DNA of 36,508 nt from Anaerolineales bacterium (GTDB lineage: Bacteria > Chloroflexota > Anaerolineae > Anaerolineales > Villigracilaceae), in the NCBI GenBank assembly GCA_036396515.1, contig DASWKT010000210.1:1-36508 (forward strand), written 5' to 3'. The notes beneath the pieces were generated by a model. That model made no database searches. It worked only from the letters and a program-made list of their open reading frames with translations, and had not been told where the DNA came from. The position numbers and the translations under genes were made by a program. The first letter of the stretch is position 1, and the number at the start of each line of letters is the position of its first letter. Shown here one piece after another: positions 1 to 9,100 of the stretch.

Positions 1-91
1 CAGCGGGCGTCATCTGACGTCTCAATTCTTTTGAGCGCTCATACGCTTCGTTAGAAACACTTTGTCCAATCACAATATTCTTAACAGGCAT
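1..91 (-). CDS. DUF559-family (very-short-patch-repair-like) endonuclease, 5' part only; runs off the window edge
   Basis: Not in the ORF track. Manual translation from ATG at 91 gives MPVKNIVIGQSVSNEAYERSKELRRQMTPA, matching the DUF559 N-terminal pattern R-[AS]-K-E-L-R-x-x-M-T-P-A-E. A GGAG ribosome-binding site is supplied by the end of the upstream hairpin repeat. Confidence 0.75.
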   Translation of the reverse strand, partial: MPVKNIVIGQSVSNEAYERSKELRRQMTPA

Positions 92-100
92 ATGCTATCT

Positions 101-138
101 TCTCCCCTTCCCTATAAGGGAAGGGGCCGGGGGTTAGG
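101..138. repeat. Hairpin repeat CCCCTTCCCT-ata-AGGGAAGGGG followed by CCGGGGGTTAGG (type commonly found beside DUF559 genes)
   Basis: Perfect 10-bp stem, 104-113 with 117-126, and a 3-nt loop. The tail contains the TAA stop (134-136) of the Fe-S gene. Confidence 0.75.
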
Positions 139-838
139 TCGGTTTTTCCTTCCGTCGTTTGCGTCCTGAGCTTAACACCGTTATCTCCTGCGCACTCATC
201 CCTTGCTCGAGCAAAAACTCGCGCTTTGGCTTGAGCGCGCCGGTGGGACAAACACCTACGCATTGTCCGCATAAGACACAGGTTGTTTCAGGTATGGTTT
301 TATCAAAAAATGTACCGATCTGCGTTTCATAGCCACGGCCTTCGAAGTTGATGGCATAGGTATATTGTGCATCGTCCGCGCAGACTTGCACACAGCGCCA
401 GCACAACAGGCATTTCGAGTAATCGCGCACATACATCGGGTTATCATCTTTGACTTCGACCTCGCGGCGTTCAGCATCGGGAAACCGCACCGGGCTCGCG
501 CCGTAGTCGTCCATCATGCTCAGGATTTCGGGCGCATCGGACAAGTCCATGGTGGAGGCAAGCATCTCCAGAATCGTGCGTCGCGAACGAATGACCTTCT
601 CGCTGCGCGTCTGGACCTTCATGTTTTCCGCCGCTTTGACAACGCACGCGGGCTGAAGCACTCTCTGCCCCTCCACTTCGACAACACAGATCCGGCATAA
701 TGCATTCGCCGTCGTTGCTTCGTGGAAGCAGATCGTTGGGACATCCTGGCCTCTTTCCCGGGCAGCTTGGAGGAGGGTTTTGCCTTGTTCAACTGAAATT
801 TCTTGTCCATCAAGCATTAGTTTCACATTAGTTGTCAT
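134..838 (-). CDS. Fe-S electron-transfer subunit (2Fe-2S plus 2x[4Fe-4S]), NuoG/HoxU/formate dehydrogenase alpha N-terminal-like
   Basis: Motifs PTICFH...LCRICVV...QPAC (2Fe-2S), [11 protein letters not shown] and [15 protein letters not shown] at 838 is preferred over the ORF-track start at 850. Confidence 0.88.
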   Translation of the reverse strand: MTTNVKLMLDGQEISVEQGKTLLQAARERGQDVPTICFHEATTANALCRICVVEVEGQRVLQPACVVKAAENMKVQTRSEKVIRSRRTILEMLASTMDLSDAPEILSMMDDYGASPVRFPDAERREVEVKDDNPMYVRDYSKCLLCWRCVQVCADDAQYTYAINFEGRGYETQIGTFFDKTIPETTCVLCGQCVGVCPTGALKPKREFLLEQGMSAQEITVLSSGRKRRKEKPT

Positions 839-846
839 TTTCAATC

Positions 847-2577
847 TCACCCTTCGATTACCGCTTCGTTTTCACTCAGCGTCCGCTCAGGGCGGAATAA
901 TTCCGGCCATAATTGGATTGCGGACAAAACTGCGCTCGCGGCGGTCTGGCCCAAGCCACACAGGCTTGCGTCTGTCATCGTCCAGCCGACGTCCTGCAGG
1001 CGGATCAAGTCATCGGGCACGCCAGCTCGGTTGGCTACACGATCCAAAATTTCCATTTGACGCTGCGTGCCCATCTGGCAAGGATAGCACTTGCCGCAGG
1101 ATTCATGTGCGAAGAAGTGACCCAGCCGCTTCAAGACGTCGCGCATATCGCGCGTTTCGTCGAAGACCATCACGACGCCCGAGCCAAGTGGAAGTCCCGC
1201 GGCGCGCAAATCTTCAAAGGTCATTTTCACGTCAAGATGCGCGGATGCCGCAAAGGCGCCCGCCGCCCCACCGAATAGAACGGACTGCAATTTCTTGCCA
1301 TTCGCAACTCCACCTGCCATATCCAGCAACTCACGCAGAGTTACACCGAAGGGGACTTCATAGAGTCCGGGTTTGGGCACATCGCCTGAGACACAGAACA
1401 ATTTTGGGCCCGGGGATTTTTCCGTGCCGATCTTTCTATACTCGGCAGAACCTTGCGAAATGATCAAGGGGACATTACAAAGAGTTTCAACGTTGTTAAT
1501 GACCGTCGGTTTGCCGAACAATCCATGAGTCGTGGGGAAAGGCGGTTTCACGCGCGGGAAGCCGCGCTTTCCCTCGATCGACTCAAACAGCGCGGTCTCC
1601 TCGCCACAGATGTAAGCGCCAGCGCCGACGCGGAGTTCAATGTCAAATGAAAAAGCAGAGCCAAGGATATTTTCCCCAAGCAAACTGGCTCGACGTGCTT
1701 CACTCAAAGCATTTTCAAGAACTGGCAAAATGTAGGGATATTCGGCGCGGATATAAATGTAGCCTTTGTTTGCGCCAATGGCATAGCCCGCGATCAACAT
1801 CCCTTCGATGGTACGATGCGGATCGTCGATCAGCAGAATACGATCCTTGAATGTGCCGGGCTCAGATTCGTCAGCATTGCAGATCACGTATTTCTCAGTG
1901 CCAGGTGCTTTCGCCGCGCCCTCCCACTTGACACCAGTCGGGAATGCCGCGCCACCGCGACCGACGAGACCCGCTGCTTTGATCTCACCTACAATCTCTT
2001 CGGGTCTCATCCCCAGTGCTGTAGTGAGAGCAGGATAGGCGCCATATTTCGTGAGAGACGTTGTTCCATTCCCACAGTTGGCGGTTAATAATCGAATTGA
2101 GCCTCCCACAATAGATTTCGGGCGGCCCAACTCGAAAGAATCTTTTTCCAAATTTATGTTTGTTTCTGCTTGGTCATCCACCAACGCTGCGGGGGCTTGC
2201 TCACAAAGCCCGAGGCAGGGACTCGCCTCAATGGTCAGAGACAGATCGCGGGTCGTTTGATTCGGTTCAAGTCCGTGATGTGCACATAAATGATTCAAGA
2301 CCGCGTCCCCGCCTTTGAGCGCACAGGCCTGATCGGTGCATACTCGAATCACCCGTTTGCCGATGGGCTCATTGTAGAAGAGCGAATAGAACTCGATGAC
2401 GCCATGAACATCCGCAAGAGGTACGCGCAGCGATTTGGCAACTTCCGCAGCGACCGGTTCCGGAAGCCAGCCATAAATTTTTTGTGCCGCGTGCAGGGCA
2501 GGCAAAAGCCCCGAGCGGCCCAAAGGAGCATAAGCTTTAATTGCCGGGATAAGAGGTGCAAGGTCAATTTCGGACAT
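847..2577 (-). CDS. Fused NuoE-NuoF-type NADH-binding flavoprotein (diaphorase module of a dehydrogenase such as formate dehydrogenase)
   Basis: NuoE part has CTDQAC...CLGLC. NuoF part has [38 protein letters not shown] and [10 protein letters not shown]...LCGLG. The start at 2577 (MSEIDL) has a GGAGA RBS and a promoter just upstream. Confidence 0.92.
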   Translation of the reverse strand: MSEIDLAPLIPAIKAYAPLGRSGLLPALHAAQKIYGWLPEPVAAEVAKSLRVPLADVHGVIEFYSLFYNEPIGKRVIRVCTDQACALKGGDAVLNHLCAHHGLEPNQTTRDLSLTIEASPCLGLCEQAPAALVDDQAETNINLEKDSFELGRPKSIVGGSIRLLTANCGNGTTSLTKYGAYPALTTALGMRPEEIVGEIKAAGLVGRGGAAFPTGVKWEGAAKAPGTEKYVICNADESEPGTFKDRILLIDDPHRTIEGMLIAGYAIGANKGYIYIRAEYPYILPVLENALSEARRASLLGENILGSAFSFDIELRVGAGAYICGEETALFESIEGKRGFPRVKPPFPTTHGLFGKPTVINNVETLCNVPLIISQGSAEYRKIGTEKSPGPKLFCVSGDVPKPGLYEVPFGVTLRELLDMAGGVANGKKLQSVLFGGAAGAFAASAHLDVKMTFEDLRAAGLPLGSGVVMVFDETRDMRDVLKRLGHFFAHESCGKCYPCQMGTQRQMEILDRVANRAGVPDDLIRLQDVGWTMTDASLCGLGQTAASAVLSAIQLWPELFRPERTLSENEAVIEG

Positions 2578-2593
2578 GGTTTCTCCGAGATGG

Positions 2594-2622
2594 AGTATAG
2601 ACCGAAACAAAAGGGAAGGCAA
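2594..2622 (-). promoter_or_regulatory. Putative sigma70 promoter for the nuoEF-like operon
   Basis: TTGCCT-N17-TATACT on the minus strand, ending 17 nt before the ATG at 2577. Confidence 0.5.
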
Positions 2623-2643
2623 GACAATTTTCAAATGAAGACT

Positions 2644-2692
2644 TTTGCCACAAAGTTCTCGGGGGGTTTCTCACGGTCTCTCTGGCCCGGTA
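2644..2692. repeat. Degenerate palindromic intergenic repeat (CACAGAG...CTCTGTG family)
   Basis: Minus strand reads GCCAGAGAGAC...CTTTGTGGCAAA, similar to GTCACAGAGAC...CTCTGTGGCAAA at 33525-33571. Confidence 0.4.
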
Positions 2693-2703
2693 ATTAATTT
2701 TCT

Positions 2704-4221
2704 TCATGGGTTGAGATTTGCAGTTGGCAAAAATCTCGGCTGCCTGCGAAACTGCGTCGCCTGCTCAAAGGCATAGGCAAATTTGATAAGCGCCGGTTCC
2801 TGCCAGGCTTTGGCAAAGAAAGAAATCCCAACCGGCAGGCCGAAGAGATGTCCGGCGGGCACCGTGATGTGCGGATACCCCGCTACCGCGGCAGGCGACG
2901 TGCTTTCCATGTCCCAGTTATTCGAATCGCCATTGACAAGATCGATCGTCCACGCCGGAGCGCCCGAAGGCACGATCAGTGCATCAAGTTTATATTTTCG
3001 CATCACCGCGTCTATTCCATCTTTGCGCGAGAGCCGAAGATTCTTTGCCAGGGCAGCGCGGTATTTTTTATCGCGGAGGGAGGCCTTCTCCTGGGCAGTG
3101 ATCATATGTTCCTGACCAAAATAAGGCATCACGCTGTCCTGATTCTCTTCGTTGAACTTGATCACCTCTTCCATCGAATGAACACGCGCACTCCCATCCC
3201 GCGACTTGAGATATTTATTCAGATCTGCCTTGAACTCATAGTGCAAAACGTCCAATTCGGTTTTGTCGAATTTATCAAAGTTCGGAACATTAGCAGGATC
3301 AACAATGACCGCACCGAGATGCTTCATCACTTCGATACAGTGTTCAAAATTCTTGATAATCCGTGGATTCGTGCCAGCCATATTGCGAGCGACACCGATA
3401 CGCGCCCCTCTTAGTCCATCGCGGTCAAGGAACTTTGCATAATTGGATAAGCCTCGCTTCCCCCTTTGGGTCAGCCGTGTGGCAGGATCCTGTTCATCGA
3501 CTCCTGTCAGCGCTCCAAGCAGGATCGCCGCATCAGAGACCGTGCGCGCCATCGGGCCAGGTGTATCCTGGCTGTGTGCGATCGGGATGATGCCAGTTCG
3601 GCTCAGTAGTCCAAGGGTTGGCTTAATGCCCACGATCCCATTCACATGCGATGGAGAAATGATCGAGCCATCTGTCTCTGTGCCAATCGCGGCCACACAA
3701 AGATTCGCTGCAACAGCCGCGCCGGAACCCGATGAAGAGCCAGATGCTGAACGATCCAGCGCGTACGGATTCCGCGTTAGCCCTCCGCGGGATGACCACC
3801 CGCTCACAGAGCATTTGCCGCGAAAGTTCGCCCATTCGCTCAAATTGGTCTTGCCCAAAATTAACGCGCCTGCCTTGCGCAATTGCTTCACAATGAATGC
3901 ATCTTTTGCCGAGATATTCCCTTCAAGCGCCAGGGACCCCGCCGTCGTTTGCATGCGGTCATGGGTATCAATATTATCTTTAATGAGGATCGGAATGCCA
4001 TGCAGAGTGCCGTGAACTTTTCCCGCCTTCCGTTCCATATCGAGCGTATCCGCAATTTCCAGCGCTTCTGGATTCAACTCGATCACCGAGTTTAGAACCG
4101 GCCCGCTCTTGTCTACGGCGTTGATGCGCTCCAGATACAACTCGGCGAGTCGACGTGCCGTCAACTCGCCCGATTCCATCGTCTCCTGGAGTTCAGAGAT
4201 GGTCCACTCCGGCAGGATCAT
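2704..4221 (-). CDS. Amidase (amidase signature family)
   Basis: IKDN catalytic Lys, GKTNLSEWANF, and SGSSSGSGAAVAA...GTETDGSI (Ser-cisSer-Lys triad region). Start overlaps the CBS gene stop (ATGA, 4218-4221). Confidence 0.93.
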   Translation of the reverse strand: MILPEWTISELQETMESGELTARRLAELYLERINAVDKSGPVLNSVIELNPEALEIADTLDMERKAGKVHGTLHGIPILIKDNIDTHDRMQTTAGSLALEGNISAKDAFIVKQLRKAGALILGKTNLSEWANFRGKCSVSGWSSRGGLTRNPYALDRSASGSSSGSGAAVAANLCVAAIGTETDGSIISPSHVNGIVGIKPTLGLLSRTGIIPIAHSQDTPGPMARTVSDAAILLGALTGVDEQDPATRLTQRGKRGLSNYAKFLDRDGLRGARIGVARNMAGTNPRIIKNFEHCIEVMKHLGAVIVDPANVPNFDKFDKTELDVLHYEFKADLNKYLKSRDGSARVHSMEEVIKFNEENQDSVMPYFGQEHMITAQEKASLRDKKYRAALAKNLRLSRKDGIDAVMRKYKLDALIVPSGAPAWTIDLVNGDSNNWDMESTSPAAVAGYPHITVPAGHLFGLPVGISFFAKAWQEPALIKFAYAFEQATQFRRQPRFLPTANLNP

Positions 4222-4655
4222 CGCCCGCCACCTGTTATGTAGCGTTCCAATTGCGAAAGCATGACCTGCTGCATTTCTATCATTTCTTTGAGCACATCAC
4301 GGACGGAGATCAGCCCCATCAATTTTTTGCCGTCATAAACAGGCAGATGGCGGATGTTTTTCTCGTTCATCAACGCCATACATTCCTCCAGCGGCTGGCC
4401 GCAATCCACAGTAATCAACTCACTGGTCATAATTTCGCTGACTTTTGTGTCCTTCGCGTCCCTGTCCATCAGTTCCAATTTGCGTACACAGTCACGTTCG
4501 GAAACAATGCCCACTACGTCCTCGCCCGTCATCACCAACAGGGCCCCTATATTGTGCTTTGCCATCGACTGCAGGACCTCGAAAACGGTCACATCAGGCG
4601 TGACCGCGAACACCTCGTTCCCCTTTTTACGGATCATATCTCGAACGGTTGCCAT
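4218..4655 (-). CDS. CBS-domain pair protein
   Basis: 145 aa with NIGALLV...VGIVSERD and IRHLPV...GLISVRD. GGAGAGG RBS upstream. Confidence 0.92.
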   Translation of the reverse strand: MATVRDMIRKKGNEVFAVTPDVTVFEVLQSMAKHNIGALLVMTGEDVVGIVSERDCVRKLELMDRDAKDTKVSEIMTSELITVDCGQPLEECMALMNEKNIRHLPVYDGKKLMGLISVRDVLKEMIEMQQVMLSQLERYITGGGR

Positions 4656-4688
4656 GGTCAGCCTCTCCTTCTCTAAAATATTAGATAA

Positions 4689-4724
4689 AGTATAGACTCA
4701 AATCCGCTCCCTGACAAGCGGATT
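4689..4724 (-). promoter_or_regulatory. Putative sigma70 promoter of the CBS-amidase unit, overlapped by an inverted repeat
   Basis: TTGTCA (4717-4712)-N17-TATACT (4694-4689). The perfect inverted repeat AATCCGCT-N8-AGCGGATT (4701-4724) straddles the -35 box. Confidence 0.55.
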
Positions 4725-4832
4725 AGGCGCTTTTCACTGCGACCCAGACTCGGCGCGCTTTCCCAGCAGATAGCTGCCCCCATTTCACGCCGCCTGATCT
4801 ACGCTTCGGCGCTAGAGAGGCCCACCTACCCT

Positions 4833-4968
4833 CTAATTGGCGATGTTCTCGGAGAGTGTAAATCATCTGCATCGAAAAATCCCATCCCAGCTTTTGAGCA
4901 AGAACTTGCCCCACAGTCGTTTTGCCCGAGCCGGAAACGCCCATGATTGAAAATCCGGTCAAGCCCAT
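4833..4968 (-). pseudogene. gntK: Gluconokinase (GntK/IdnK) 5' remnant, frameshifted and truncated
   Basis: IMGVSGSGKTTVGQVLAQKLGWDF, then FDADDLHSP in another frame and ENIAN* in a third. Together these rebuild the gluconokinase motif DADDxHPxxNIxK. Confidence 0.75.
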
Positions 4969-5107
4969 AGGACAATTTTACACAAAAGGATTGCCGTTGA
5001 TAGCTAGAAACAAGACATGCTTGAAGTTTATCTCAGAACAACAGCAGTTCGTTTTTCGTTATAAGATGTATTACCCATAATATTGAGTGATTAGCAGGCA
5101 CAAGGCC

Positions 5108-5136
5108 TTGAACGAAGTCGGGAAATGCTGTATAAA
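5108..5136 (+). promoter_or_regulatory. Possible sigma70 promoter for usp-ndvB
   Basis: TTGAAC-N17-TATAAA in an AT-rich intergenic region. Confidence 0.3.
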
Positions 5137-5221
5137 TGTCCCTAAATAGGGGAAGTGAATTATATTTGCCAATTAGATCTTGCTTTCATCGCCAGAAAAT
5201 ATTGTTTGATGTAGAGGAACC

Positions 5222-6187
5222 ATGATTAACCATATTCTTATTCCCCTGGATGAGTCCCCCCTGGCAGAGTGTGTGCTACCCCATGTGCTGACGATTGCCC
5301 GGAGCACAAATGCATACATCACCCTTCTGCATGTTCTCGAACTTCCACGCGCAGTCATTGACAAACAGGCGGTGGATCCCTTGGAATGGCATCTAAGAAA
5401 ACAGAAGGCGGAGGAATATCTGCATGACATTGCAACCAAATTACGACACAACAATCTGAAAGTCGAAGATGTGATCATGGAGGGCCCGCCCGCGGAATGT
5501 GTCATAGACTTTGCCAATAATAACGATGTGGATCTGATTGCGCTTAGTTCACATGGGAGCAGTGGCTTAAGTGGCTGGAACGTCAGCAGCGTCGTACAAA
5601 AGATCATTTTACGCTCATCTAAAGCTCTACTCCTGATAAGAGCATACATGTCCTCTGGTACAGACCTTGAGGAAGTGCGTTACAACCGCCTGTTCGTGGG
5701 CTTGGATTTTTCAACACGAGCAGAATACATCCTGCCGGTCGCCGTTAACCTGGCGGAGTTCCACAAAGCGGAGCTCATTCTTGGGATGGTCATTCGCAAA
5801 CCGGAACTGCTTCATCGCTTCCCGCTCTCAGCCGAGGAGGAGAGTCTGATCACGCGCGTTGCCGATTTGAATTACCGCGCCGCCTCCCATTACTTCGATC
5901 AACTTCAGTCACGCCTGTCACTGCAGGGCGTCAGCCTGCAAACTCGGCTTACCATCAGCGACAACGCGACAGCCGCCCTGCATGATATGGTGAACCAGGA
6001 AAACGCGGATCTCGTTATGCTGGTGGCTCATGGCCATTCCGGCGAGAGGCGCTGGCCTTACGGGAGTGTCGCCGCCAGCTTCATCGCGTATGGCACCGCA
6101 CCCCTGATGATCATGCAAGACCTATCTGGAGATGAAATCAAACGAAGCCCGGCTGAAATCTCTGCACGTGAAGTCAAAGGACATTGA
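5222..6187 (+). CDS. Universal stress protein with tandem USP domains
   Basis: HILIPLDESPLAE...DLIALSSHGSSG...SSVVQKI, and a second domain LFVGLDFS...DLVMLVAHGHSG...GSVA. Confidence 0.92.
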   Translation: MINHILIPLDESPLAECVLPHVLTIARSTNAYITLLHVLELPRAVIDKQAVDPLEWHLRKQKAEEYLHDIATKLRHNNLKVEDVIMEGPPAECVIDFANNNDVDLIALSSHGSSGLSGWNVSSVVQKIILRSSKALLLIRAYMSSGTDLEEVRYNRLFVGLDFSTRAEYILPVAVNLAEFHKAELILGMVIRKPELLHRFPLSAEEESLITRVADLNYRAASHYFDQLQSRLSLQGVSLQTRLTISDNATAALHDMVNQENADLVMLVAHGHSGERRWPYGSVAASFIAYGTAPLMIMQDLSGDEIKRSPAEISAREVKGH

Positions 6188-6190
6188 CCT

Positions 6191-9100
6191 ATGGCCCATC
6201 CAGTTCCGCTCCCGGGAGCAGAACCCGGCACCCTCTCGCAACAGGGCGTGCCACCTCCTGATTGGATCGAAGAACTCGCGCTCAATCTCGCTGAAAATCT
6301 GGAATATATCGATCAGCCCCATAATCCCAATCCGCTTCCGGCGCGGGTGAAAACCATGGGGACTTTCCTGCAATCTGCCTACCGCTATTTCGATAAATCC
6401 AGCCGAACAGAAGCATCCGAGTCATACGCCGCCGAGTGGGTGCTGGATAATTACTACATCATCGAACAGGCGCTGCGCCAGATCAGCCAAAACCTTCCGA
6501 AAGATTTTTACCAGCGTCTGCCAAAAACAACGGTCGAGAACCAGGAGATGACGCGCATTCAGGCCCTGGCTTATGCGCTCACCAAAGGTAGTGGAAGTCG
6601 CCTGAACGCGGATGAGATCAAAACGTTCATCCGGGCATTTCAGAGTATCACAGCCCTCACGATCGGAGAACTCTGGACCCTGGCACCCATGCTGAGACTG
6701 AGTGTCATCGAAACCCTCGCGGACGCGCTCACCCACATTACCCACCTCGACTTACACCCAGCATCCTTACCGGACGTCTTTCTGGCCTCTTCCACCAGGC
6801 AGCTGAGCCGTCCACCGGTCACTCACGAAGACGTGGTCGTCAATAGCATCCTCAGCCTGCGCCTGCTCGCCACACAGGACTGGCAGGAGTTTTTCGAAGA
6901 CACCTCCGTGGTGGAAAGCATCCTGCGCAACGACCCGGCAGATATTTACATCCATATGGATTTCAGAACCCGCAACCGCTATCGTGGCGTTGTCGAAGAG
7001 CTGTCGCGCGGTTCAAAGGCGGAGGAAACTGAGGTCGCGCGTGCAGCGGATTCGATTGCCCAGAATGGGCAGGTACCGCGCACACGCCACGTTGGCTATT
7101 ATCTGGTTGGCCCCGGCAGACCAGTGCTCGAGGCGCGCTTGGGCTACCGACCTCCACGCGAAAACCTTCTGAGGCACTGGTTGGATCGCTATCCGACCTT
7201 CTTCTATCTAAATAGTATTGCCTATCTGGCATTATTATTGTGTGTCATCGCTGTCTGGTATGCCATTTTCGCAGGCGGCAGTACGTTACAGATCATTCTC
7301 ACGCTGGCATTGGCCGCTCTACCGGCATTCGCCGTAGCTGTGGATCTTGTAAACTGGCTGGTTATCCAGATTATGCCACCGCGTATATTGCCGCGCCTTG
7401 ATTTCAAGGATGGTATTCCCTCCGAATTCAGCACCATCGTGGTCATTCCCTCCCTGCTCAAAAATGATAGAGAACTGGATTCCCTGCTCCGCCAGCTTGA
7501 GAATCACTTTCTCGGTAACAGTGAGCCCAGCGTGCGTTTTGCCCTGTTGACTGATTTTGTGGACGCCCAGCAAAAAGAATTACCCGGGGAAGCGCATTTG
7601 ATCGAACAAGCAAAAAGCGGCATTGAGCAGCTCAACACCCGCTATAAAAATGAAGGGTACTCACCTTTCTACCTTTTTCATCGTGAGCGTGCCTGGAATC
7701 CCGCTGAGGGCGTGTGGATGGGTTGGGAGCGCAAGCGCGGCAAACTGACCGAGTTCAATAATTTGCTCCATGGAAAACATGTGGATTCGTTCATCGTTCA
7801 GGTCGGAGATTTGAGCGTTTTGCCCACGATTCGTTATGTGCTGACCTTGGATGCTGACACTACAGTGCCGCGCGACAGCGTTCACCGTCTGACCGGGATT
7901 CTCGCCCATCCTTTGAACCGGGCCGAATTCGATTCGCAGACCGGGGCGCTCGTGGATGGATATACAATTCTCCAGCCGCGCGTCCAGGTGCGGCCCACAG
8001 TAGCGAACCGATCCATCTTTACCCGTGTCTATTCTGGTGATACGACCCTCGATCTCTACACGCGCGCCGTGTCGGATGTCTATCAGGATCTGTTCGGTGA
8101 AGGCAGTTATGTGGGTAAAGGCATGTATGACGTGGCAGCTTTTGAACGAAGCCTGGAGGGGCGCGTTCCGGATAACATGCTGCTCAGCCATGATCTGTTC
8201 GAAGGGATTCATGGGCGCTGTGGGTTGGTAACCGATGTAGTGCTATTTGAGGATTTCCCGCCGCATTATGTATCGTTTACACATCGTCTCCATCGTTGGG
8301 TAAGAGGCGACTGGCAGTTATTGCCCTGGCTGATGCCGCGCGTGCCACATCGCATACACGGCAAAATATCTGGTGACCTCTCCACCCTCGACCGCTGGAA
8401 GATCTTCGATAATTTGCGCCGCAGTCTGACAAGCCCGGCGATTCTGGCGCTGATCGTTGGTGCATGGCTGGTGCTGCCAGGTCTAAGGCTTGCCTGGATT
8501 GGGCTGGCGCTTTCCACTCATATCCTGGCGATTGTTTTCGGATTCATCTCCGCTCTGCGCGCCCGCCGAACGGAACAATATCCTGAAACAACTGCCCGTC
8601 CTGTCCAGCAGGCGGCGCTGCGCTCACTCTTCCAGATTATTTTCCTGCCCAATGAGGCGTTCATCTCTTTGGATGCCATCGCGACCACGATGGTACGTAT
8701 GACCCTCACACACAAGCGATTGCTTCAATGGGTTACGGCAGCGCACACGGTCCACGTCTTTGGCAAGGACTTAAAAGTGCACATAGCCTGGAACGAAATG
8801 ATCGCTGCCCCATTTTTTTCCATTTTCCTATTTGTACTGCTCATATTAAGCAACCGATCGGCATTGTGGACGGCCCCGCCATTTTTATTGGCCTGGCTGA
8901 TTTCACCATACATCGCCGCCCGGATCAGCCGCCGTTTTTCCCATAAGCTTGAAAAACTCACGCCCGCTCAGGAGAAACGGTTACACCTGCTGGCACGCGC
9001 CACCTGGCTGTATTTTGAGCATTTCGTGGGTCCGGATGACCACTGGCTCCCACCTGATCATTTTCAAGAGGAACCGCGAGGAATTGTAGCCCACCGCACC

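Noticed and set aside
81-272. 63-aa minus-strand ORF ending [13 protein letters not shown]
   Set aside because: It overlaps the Fe-S gene in another frame, and its tail is simply the translation of the hairpin repeat.
4723-4968. 81-aa ORF as an intact kinase
   Set aside because: Homology leaves this frame after about 32 codons, so it is treated as a pseudogene.
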